64,000 bases of DNA from Octopus vulgaris. Lineage: Eukaryota. The DNA lies in the NCBI GenBank assembly GCA_951406725.2, contig OX597818.1, positions 86,862,001-86,926,000 of the forward strand, given 5' to 3'. Of the stretch, positions 54,870 to 64,000 are shown in pieces (position 1 is the first letter of the stretch; each line of letters begins with the position of its first letter). Under the pieces are notes generated by a model, which saw only the letters and a program-made list of their open reading frames with translations, was not told the origin of the DNA and ran no database searches. The translations under genes were made by a program, and so were the position numbers.

Positions 54870-56058
54870 GATTGTTACCGAGCTTATGCATATATTTGTA
54901 AACACCTGTGTGTGATTATATATATTTTGAGTTGAACCAGTTTAAGGTGTGTGTGTATGCGTGTATGTGTGTACATATTTGCAAGTGGGACAGAGGTATG
55001 AATACAAGCAACCCCACCGATCTCCATTACCACCGGTCTTTCTTTAGAAGCTCATTTGCAATGTAGCATTTCATTATTATTCTCTTGCTATATCTCTGTG
55101 TGTCATCAATGTGTATGTACGTATGTATGTAAGAATGTGTGTGTGTGTTTCTCACTCACAATCACCTCCATCACAACTATACCCCCACCGTTGTCTGTCC
55201 TGTCTGTCAGTTCTGTCAGTTGATCCGGCTCCATTATGGTCAGTCAATCAGTCACCTAGACTGATGTGACTAATTCACTGCTCTGCATCCCCCTCTCTTT
55301 TCTTTCACCAGTCTGCCTTCTCTGTTCTTAGATACAGTGACAGAGAGAGAGAACTGTTGAAAGAGCCAGCTACTCTCTTATAAACCTTCTCTTGAACAGG
55401 GAGAGGGAAGATCGTTGTGTGTGTATGTGTGTGTGATGGGCAAAGTGTTTATATGATATGGTTGGTAAAGTCCTTAGAGCAGTCACTCCTGGCTCCATCC
55501 AGCCTATTAAAAAACCCTTACTTTGCCTCCACACCACCTCCACCACCATTTTAATTATATCGATATGGTGTAGGGTGTGTTAGGAATGGCTTTGAAGTGG
55601 TGGTGGTCGTCGTAGTCCTTGCTGTTGTTAGTTTTGATGGTGTTGGTAGTTGTGGTGGTGAACATAGAATAGAACAGTGGAAGGAAGGGAGACTGGTTGT
55701 CTGTGTGTCCTTATGCCTTTCCTCTTTTGTGTATTGTTTGACTAGATGCACTCTCTTTGGTGATGTACTTAATCTGTGTAAACACCAATTTGGGACCCGG
55801 AAAAGATCAACAAACCCTACAGACTAGACGCTGTGATGATGGGATTCACTAGTGTAACCTAGCAATTTATGATGAGATACGGCATTGAAAACCCCATCCC
55901 TTGTCTCCGCATGGGTGACATTGTTTCTTCCTTGTGTTTTACTTTTCATCAGGCGGCGGATGGGGGGGTAGGGCTACATTCTCATGTCAATGAGTTTGTT
56001 CTCTGCTCATTGTAATCTGATTATTTCCTTATTTTAATGTTGTTTACAAGATAACATA

Positions 56059-56275
56059 CAGTTGTGGCCAAAAGTTTGGAGCATTTTTTAAAAATAAAAA
56101 TTACACCCAAGTACAATTTGATTCAAATATATACAACATACGAGATCTACTTACCTACTAACTGATCTAATGATTCAATATCTAGAAGAAAAAAATGTCA
56201 ACACTGTTCCAAAATTTTGGCCAAGTAATGATGTGTTGCAAATTAAAGACCTATTACTCCAAACTTTTGGCCAGG
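56059..56275. mobile_element. Tc1-type MITE
   Basis: ta cagttgtggccaaaagtttggag / ctccaaacttttggcca. Confidence 0.75.
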
Positions 56276-56329
56276 CATAAGCATGGCTGTGTAGGTTACC
56301 AGCTTGATTCCTAATCATAAAGCTTGCGT

Positions 56330-56706
56330 GAGTTGGCTGTGTGGTAATTAGTTTACTTACCAGCCACATGGTTCCAGGTTCAGTCCCGCTGTGTGGCACC
56401 TTGGGCAAGTGTCTTTTACTATAGCCTCAGGCTGACCAAAGCCTTGTGAGTGGATTTGGTAGACAGAAACTGAAAGAAGCCTATCGTATTTATTTATGTA
56501 TGTGTGTGTGTTTGTGTTTGTTCCCCCACCCCATCGCTTGACAACCAATTCCGATTTGTTTACATCCCCGTAACTTAGCGCTTCAGCAAAAGAGACCGAT
56601 AGAATAAGTACTAGGCTTACAAAGAATAAGTCCTGGGATCGATTTGCTCGACTAAAGGCGGTGCTCCAGCATGGCCACAGTCAAATGACTGAAACAAGTA
56701 AAAGAG
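56330..56706 (+). mobile_element. SINE family A with CpG-specific decay
   Basis: gcctcaggctgacc, agacagaaac, ttcagcaaa, ggccacag versus consensus CpGs. Confidence 0.9.
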
Positions 56707-57240
56707 TTAAGAGTATATACTAAGGTTAACACTAGCAGAAAACATATGGGACACACAAGGTTTTTGGTAGACTAAAAGTGAATAAGAAGCCTGTGTGTGC
56801 TTGCATGTGCATGTTCTCCTCACCTTGACATCACATGATAGTTGTAAACAAGCGTCACCATCATGCAAGCAGGATCCTTCGTTCCCAGTCTTCTGTGAAA
56901 ACATTGTCTGATCATGGCAAAATATATATTATAACTTGGTAACAGTTTAGGGTTGGCAACAGGAAGTGCATCCAACCAAAGAAAATCTGTTCCAACAAAA
57001 TTCAAATTTTTTTTGAGGCAGATACAAGCGTGGGGAAGTGGACATTAAAACAACAATGATGATGTGTACACATACATCCAGACACTTGAGCACAGTATGG
57101 CCAAATGGATGAGAATTTAATTACCTTATAATTATTTTATTGAGCATAAGCTGTCACCTTAAGAATCTAATTGTAGGATGGGCTCATTACAAAGCATTTA
57201 CAACCTTGAGAGCCAAATTTTATAACCCACTTGACTCAGC

Positions 57241-58076
57241 TTAACTCTTTAGAATTCAGGTTATTCTGTCAAACCATAATGCCTTTTCATTCATAATGTT
57301 TTTGATTAATCTTGCATTGTTTTGCAGCTTTGAAATTTTGATGATGTGATTGTATATTTTATGAAAGCTAAGGGTAAATGTGATAGGCTGGGTCTGGCTG
57401 GTCAGAACATGAATGGGGTAGCATATTTGGGCTAGATATAACCAGTTTAACCGTTTAGCATTCAGATTTCTTTGTGAAATATAATGCTTATTTATTCACA
57501 TTCTTTCGAATTAATTCTGCATTATCTTGTAGCTTCAAGATTTTGATGATGTTATTGTATAGGCGTAGGAGTGGCTGTGTGGTAAGTAGCTTGCTTACCA
57601 ATCACATGGTTCTGGGTTCAGTCCCACTGTGTGGAATCTTGGGCAAGTATCTTCTACTATAGCCCCAGGCCATCCAAAGCCTTGTGAGTGGACTTGGTAG
57701 ACGGAAACTGAAAGAAGCCTGTTGTATATATCTATATATATGTATGTGTGTGTATATGTTTGTGTGTCTGTGTTTGTTCCCCCAACATCACTTGACAACC
57801 GATGCTGGTGTGTTTATATCTCTGTAACTTAGCGGTTCGGAAAAAGTGACCGATAAAATAAGTTCTAGGATTCCAAAGAATAAGTCCTGGGGGTCGATTT
57901 GCTCGACTAAAGGCAGTGCTCCAGCATAGCCACAGTCAAATAACTGAAACAAGTAAAAGAGTATTTTTCAAAAGACCTTGTAGAAGAGGTGTGAGTGGTT
58001 GGATCTGGTCAGTTTTAGCATTAAATACATAGAATATTAGGGCTGGTTATGACCAGTTTAAATGCTAAAGGGTTAA
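57241..58076. mobile_element. piggyBac-type MITEs (partial 57241-57450; complete 57448-58076) with SINE A nested at 57561-57962
   Basis: ttaa ccgtttagcatt .. aatgctaaaggg ttaa termini. Confidence 0.8.
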
Positions 58077-58488
58077 TTGATACAAAATCATTTATTTCAT
58101 TATATTTATTCACTCCTATTATTTTTGTATCCAATCCCGATGTGACCAACTGTTATACATTATACAGGTCACAATGAACTCTTTAAATCTCAAGACTGTA
58201 TGACATGGTTTTAAGGCAGCAAGCCAAGCTAGCAGAATCATTGGTACATCAGACAAAATGCTTAGCATAATTTCTTCTGGCTCATTATGTTCTGAGTTCA
58301 AATCACACCAGGGTCAGTGTTTGCCTTTCATACCTTCATGTTCTGTAAAATAAAGTACCGGTCATGTACTTGGGTTCATGTAAATCAACTTGTACCCTCT
58401 CTCCTTAAAAAAAAAAATGCTGGCTTAGAACCATGCAATGGACCAATATCTCAGTCACTTATGTCATGGAAACAGTAAGTGACTCTAG

Positions 58489-58807
58489 TGAAGGTGCGTG
58501 GCTTAGTGGTTAGGGCATTCGGCTCGCAATTGTAAGGTCGTGAGTTCAATTCCTGGCAAATCGTTGCGTCCTTGAGCAAGACGCTAAATTTCCTGTTGCT
58601 CCAGTCCACTCAGCTGGTAAAATTGAGTTGTAACTGTATTTCAAAGAGCCAGCAATGTCACACTGTGTCACACTAAATCTCCCTGAGAACTACATTAGGG
58701 GTACACGTGTCTGTGGAGTGCTCAGCCACTTGCATGTTAATTTCACGAGCAAGCTGTTCCATTGATCGTATCAGCTGAGACCCTCATCGTAACTGACGGA
58801 TTGCTCC
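58489..58807 (+). mobile_element. SINE family E
   Basis: tggcttagtggttaggg and gagttcaattcc boxes; ccttgagcaagac body. Confidence 0.85.
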
Positions 58808-59034
58808 TTAAGTGATCCTATGAGTTTTAGGGTTCAAGAAAAATAATATATATCATCATCATCATACATCCATTGTCCATGCTTGCATGGGTTGGCCAGA
58901 ACTGGAAACCTGGAGAGCTGCACCAGACTCCAGTCTGATTTGGCCTGGTTTCTATGGCTGGATGCTCTTCCTAACACCAACCACTTTACAGAGTGTGTTG
59001 GATGCACACACACTATATATATATACAAGTGGTA

Positions 59035-59182
59035 CAAGGGATACAAGTTCCAGCGTTGCTAGAAATAAGAATCGGAAAATACTCAAATAAACCACAATAT
59101 CACTGTAAATTTTAGTGATATTGTAGCTTATTTGAGTATACTTCGACTCTTATTTCTAGCAACGCTGGTACTTGTACCCTTG
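59035..59182. repeat. ~150-bp fold-back hairpin (copy 1)
   Basis: ~70-bp arms caaggg.tacaagt.ccagcgttgctagaaataaga..aatatcact and its reverse complement; ~9-nt loop. Confidence 0.9.
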
Positions 59183-59549
59183 ATTATAAATATATATTGT
59201 GTGTGTATGTGTACCACACAAGTGCTTTTTATGTGGCACTGGCACAGGACGCTTGCAGGCCAACCGGCTTTACCAGGAGGCGGGGGACCATCCTTAACAT
59301 TTCTGTTGTTGAGCACAGGTTTTCTTGAGTACACTTCTGCTGTGGAGTACAAGCTGCAATTTGAAGTGTCTTCTGTTGTTAGAACTCTCAAGAGAGCTAA
59401 ACAGCAGAAGGGTTTCAGATAAAAAACCATTCCCTACCTCAGGCAAGTGTTTTGGCCCTAAATTTCTTTAACTGTAAAGGGATCGAGCCACATTCAGGTT
59501 ATAACTATTGGGTGCCCTTTTTCAGACACTTTTTAGTCACTTGGATATT

Positions 59550-59740
59550 ATTTGATGCAGCAGCTGCGGACTGGAAGAGGCCCCATGGCAGGTCCCACAC
59601 TGAATGGCTGGATGTAATTAAAGAAGATCTCCAGAGGCTCCATGTCATCTCAGCGGATGTAAAGGAGTTGACATGGGATCACCAGCAGTGAGGTGCACTG
59701 GTGGGCCTGTTCGGCTCTATGCATGCTAATGCCTCTAAGA
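59550..59740 (+). mobile_element. LINE 3' end relic (RTE/L2-like)
   Basis: WKRPHGRSHTEWLDVIKEDL..DHQQ* resembles WKRPRGRP..RW.D.I..DL..DR..W. Confidence 0.7.
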
Positions 59741-60039
59741 CCAGTAACCTGAGATGACCCCCAGCCCCAATGAACAAGATTGGGAGTTCTAATTCCTCTC
59801 CATTGATGAAATAAATTTGGTTGTCATGGTAGCAGTGAAACGTAAACGCTGTCACGATGACTCTCTGAGACAACTAATGGCATGCGAGGGAATTTGGTTG
59901 ATGGAAACTGCAAGAGGACCATATGTTTCTGTGTGTGTGTGTGTATTTTTTTTTTTTTACTTGTTTCAATTATTAGATAATGGCCATGCTGGGGCACCCC
60001 AGTACTTTTCTCCCCCCCCCCGTTTTTAAAGTAAAGTCT

Positions 60040-60428
60040 AGCTGTGTGGTAAGTAGCTTGCTAACCAACCACATGGTTCCGGGTTCAGTCCCACTGCGTG
60101 GCATCTTGGGCAAGTGTCTTCTGCTATGGCCCCGGGCCGACCAATGCCTTGTGAGTGGATTTGGTAGACGGAAACTGAAAGAAGCCTGTCGTATATATGT
60201 ATATATATATATGTGTGTGTTTGTGTGTCTGTGTTTGTCCCCCTAGCATTGCTTGACAACCGATGCTGGTGTGTTTACGTCCCCGTAACTTAGCGGTTCG
60301 GCAAAAGAGACTGATAGAATAAGTACTGGGCTTACAAAGAATAAGTCCCGGGGTTGATTTGCTCGACTAAAGGCGGTGCTCCAGCATGGCCGCAGTCAAA
60401 TGACTGAAACAAGTAAAAGAGTAAAAAG
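60040..60428 (+). mobile_element. SINE family A, young
   Basis: near-consensus. Confidence 0.92.
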
Positions 60429-60433
60429 AGAAT

Positions 60434-60473
<40 letters not shown>

Positions 60474-60474
60474 A

Positions 60475-60599
60475 AATCAAGGGTACAAGTACCATACTCA
60501 AATAAGCCACAGTATCACTGTAAATTTAGTGATATTGTAGCTTATTTGAGTATATTTCGACTCTTATTTCTAGCAACGCTGGTACTTGTACCCTTGATT
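60475..60599. repeat. fold-back hairpin (copy 2; ~27-nt deletion in left arm)
   Basis: near-identical to 59035-59182. Confidence 0.9.
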
Positions 60600-60639
60600 A
60601 TAAATATATATTGTGTGTGCATGTGTGTCACACAAAACT

Positions 60640-61065
60640 CTTTACTCTTTTGCACTTTTAATTGTTTCAGTCATGTGATTGTGGCTATGCTGGAGCACCG
60701 CCTTTAGTCGAGCAAATCGACCCCAGGATTTATTCTTTGTAAGCCTAGTACTTATTCTATCGGTCTGTTTTGCCGAATCGCTAAGTTACGAGGACGTAGA
60801 AACACCAGCATCGGTTGTCAAGCGATGTTGTGGGGACAAACACAGACACACAAACACCCCCACCGCACACACACATATATACATACATACATATATATAT
60901 GACGGGATTCTTTCAGTTTCCGTCTACCAAATCCACTCACAAGGCTTTGGTCGGCCCGAGGCTTATAGTAGAAGACACTTGCCCTAGGCGTCACGCAGTG
61001 GGACTGAAGCCGGAACTACGTGGTTGGTAAGCAAGCTACTTACCACACAACCACTCCTACGCCTA
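60640..61065 (-). mobile_element. SINE family A (inverted relative to 60040-60428)
   Basis: match to family A. Confidence 0.92.
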
Positions 61066-61614
61066 TGTGACATAATTTAAAGGAAATTCTACTGTTATTT
61101 CTAGCAATTTCAACAGCCACATAGAAGTTCTCATTGGTTCGTTTACGGTACACTGATCTTGTTATGTACTTGTTACATTATCCTGTTTTGTTTTGCTGAA
61201 TCACTCGTTTTCTATTTTGTAAACAACATCGTATCATATCTCACTTATTTTCTTTCGATTTTGTTCTTCTTTCTTCTTTAAATTTCAATCTTGTTATAAT
61301 TTCTTGATTTTTTTTCTCAACATTTTCACTTTTCTTTTGTTTTTCACTTCTCATATTTCTCTAGCTGTTGATATTTATTCGCTGCATGTATCTATATATA
61401 TATATATGTAACAATCTATTTCTTTGTTCGTCCTGACATAATCTGTCTGACTGTCTATATTACCTGGTGTCATTGCTCATTGCTTTAATAGTAATATTTT
61501 AGATAAAATTGCAAAAGAAACTTCTTTCTTTTCTGTTTTTTTGTTTCTTTCTAATCCTGGCACGTTTATTTTAATTTGGTTGAAACTTGTACAAGTGGTA
61601 GGTTTATCGTTGTA

Positions 61615-61624
61615 TGTCTGTCTG

Positions 61625-61713
<89 letters not shown>

Positions 61714-61968
61714 ATCTATCGTTCTTTCTTTCTTTCTCTCTTTCGTTCTTTCTTTTGTGTTACGAGAAGTGGCGTACGGTACCAGAATTTTCGATTGGAG
61801 TCAAATTAACTTACTCCAAATAATTGTTAGAATATCTGCATAAGTGGAGTCAAGACCGTTTATAATGTATGTATGTATGTATGTATGTATGTATGTATGT
61901 ATGTATGTATGTATGTATGTATGTATGTATGTATGTATGTATGTATGTATGTATGTATGTATGTATGT

Positions 61969-62000
<32 letters not shown>

Positions 62001-62054
62001 GTGTGTGTGTGTATGTGTGTGTGTGTGTGTGTGTGTGCATGCATGCATGCATGC

Positions 62055-62088
<34 letters not shown>

Positions 62089-62139
62089 TTGTGTATCTAC
62101 ATATATACATGTATGTAAGCATATGCATGTGTGTATGCA

Positions 62140-62179
<40 letters not shown>

Positions 62180-62180
62180 T
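61615..62180. repeat. (TCTA)n, (TATG)n, (GT)n and (TA)n microsatellites
   Basis: direct read. Confidence 0.95.
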
Positions 62181-62461
62181 ATGTGTGCCTATGTATACAC
62201 ATACACACGCATATGTGCCGGCATGGCTGTGTGGTTAAGAAGTATTCTCCCTAACCATGCGCTTCCAGGTCCCAGAGCATGACACCTTGAGCTTTTACAG
62301 AAAGGTGGCCTCACCAAAACGGCTTCCCAAACTCTTGGCTTTTACTTCGGGACCATAAAATTGATCAAGTTTGAATTATTTCATGGCAGTGGTGCCATGC
62401 ATTGGGATTGAACCTGAGACCATATGGTTGGAAAGCAAACTTCTTTACTACACAGCCATGC

Positions 62462-62607
62462 CATGGTAAGAAGCCTGCTTCCCAACCACATGGTTCCGGG
62501 TTCAGTCCCACTGCATGGTACCTTGGGCAAGTGTCTTCTACTATAACCTCAGCCCAACCAAAGCTTTGGGAGTGGATTTATTAGATGGAAACTGAAAGAA
62601 GACCATC

Positions 62608-62641
<34 letters not shown>

Positions 62642-63010
62642 TAGCATAGATAGTGTGTGCCAGCCAGGGCAGCCCTTCCATTTGCCACCCCTTGGACCCC
62701 ACAAAAAACACATTGCCTACAGCAGACCCAAAAGACCCAGAGTGGACTGCCCCTAACTAGCTATGCTAGTATATATCTATATATTTATCTAAGTGTGTGT
62801 GAACCTGTGTTTGTCCTCCCCACCCATTATCACTTGACAACTATTGTTCATGTGTTTATGTTTCCTGTAACTTAGCGGTTCGGCAAAAGAGATTGATAGA
62901 ATAAGTATTGGTTTTTAAAAAAATAAATCCTGGAGTCTATTTGACTAAAACTCAAGCTGGGTGCTCCATCGTGGCCGCAGTCAGATGACTGAAACAAATA
63001 AACAAATAAA
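62462..63010 (+). mobile_element. SINE family A with a small inverted-repeat insert (62640-62770) in its central tract
   Basis: actagcatag / ctatgctagt termini and inner agggcag / ctgcccct. Confidence 0.75.
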
Positions 63011-63193
63011 AGAATCTGTGTGTCTGTGTTGGTTTGTTTATGTCCCCATAACTTATTGGTTTTGCAAAAGAATCCAATGAAATAAGTACCAGGCTTTAAG
63101 AAACAAAAAAGAAAAATGCAAGTGTTAGTGTCAGTTCATATCATAAACCCTTCAAGGTGTTGCCCCAGCACGACCATAGTCCAATGATAAAAA

Positions 63194-63461
63194 CAGGGCT
63201 ATGGATTCGAAACAAAAAACTTTGACTCTGACTCCTCTAATATTTACCCCTCTGACTCCGACTCCTCTTTATGTAACTAAGTGATTGTGATCTACATATC
63301 TCATAAAGCATATGCGTACACTTGTACTTTGAGTAGGCCTATACATTATAACTGGTTTATATTAAAGAATAAATATATTGTAAGTTGGAGTCCGTATAGT
63401 TTTACTGACTCTGACTCCAGCTACTCCTTAATTGTTTCTGACTCCAACTCCCACAGCACTG
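63194..63461. mobile_element. hAT-type MITE with gactcc subterminal repeats
   Basis: cagggctatgga / cccacagcactg; near-TSD gataaaaa / gattaaaa. Confidence 0.75.
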
Positions 63462-63692
63462 GATTAAAATAACTGAAAGATAAAGACATAAGTAAAATAT
63501 TATTATTATTAACCTGGTGTTAGGAAAGTGAAATGACGGGAAATTTTGAAGAGAAGCTTTTAATCTAGATCACATTAAAAAAGGGAAGTTTATTAACGCT
63601 TTCATTACCAACCCGGCTGAAACTGGCTCTGGTTCTGTAGTACAAATGTCTTGTTTTCATAAGTTTTGAATTAAAATCTTCCACCAAACCTT

Positions 63693-63906
63693 GTTGTAGA
63701 GCTGAAAAAGAAGTAATTTCTACTCTTCTCCTCTGGAAGCCATCTACTCGCAATACCAGAGGGCGCACACTCTCCTACCCTGATGTAATCTCCAGGGATA
63801 CAAGCATCCAGCAACAGGACCTCCGTAATGCCATGATGGACTGTGAAGTCTGGCGTAGCATGGTAAATTCCATTGTCTCGACCACGGTCGAACAATGATG
63901 ATGATG
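63693..63906 (+). mobile_element. 5'-truncated RTE/RTEX-like LINE with (GAT)n tail, inserted into a probable piggyBac-type repeat starting ~63592
   Basis: CRAEKEVISTLLLWKPSTRNTRGRTLSYPDVISRDT..AMMDCEVWRSMV..*; TSD aaacctt at 63686-63692 and 63907-63913. Confidence 0.8.
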
Positions 63907-64000
63907 AAACCTTAGTCACAATTTATGTTCCTAACACTAGCTGAATGATAACTAAGTTATTTTACTAAATTCTTTGTTATATTTAAAATCAATTGAAAGA

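Overview
Eukaryotic, AT-rich, microsatellite- and SINE-saturated DNA whose repeat families look like those of a coleoid cephalopod (Octopus-like; inferred, not database-checked). Only one host coding exon is supportable: a + strand first coding exon at 23225-23321 (MGKDQDLTNAIKNQDISTIQKILTKAVRPVKN, phase-1 GT donor) of a Caskin/ANKS1-family ankyrin-SAM scaffold gene, most like Caskin. A candidate CCAAT/NRF1 promoter lies at about 20.7 kb, followed by a SINE-free leader of about 2.5 kb. No exon 2 was found, so the rest of the window (over 40 kb) is probably intron 1. The remainder consists of at least five tRNA-headed SINE families, MITEs (mariner, Tc1, Tigger, hAT, piggyBac, Merlin-like), LINE relics (RLE/Dong-like, HERO-like, RTE), Penelope relics, a tRNA-Phe pseudogene and simple repeats. 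Nearly all ORFs in the supplied track are microsatellite or SINE artefacts. Most interesting signals: several hammerhead-ribozyme cassettes inside microsatellites, including one enclosed in inverted arms; head-to-tail SINE multimers with one fixed junction; elements that appear to target microsatellites; nested fold-backs able to form long dsRNA in the pre-mRNA; and an apparent CpG-decay boundary near 55.5 kb. Repeat boundaries were read by eye and are approximate.
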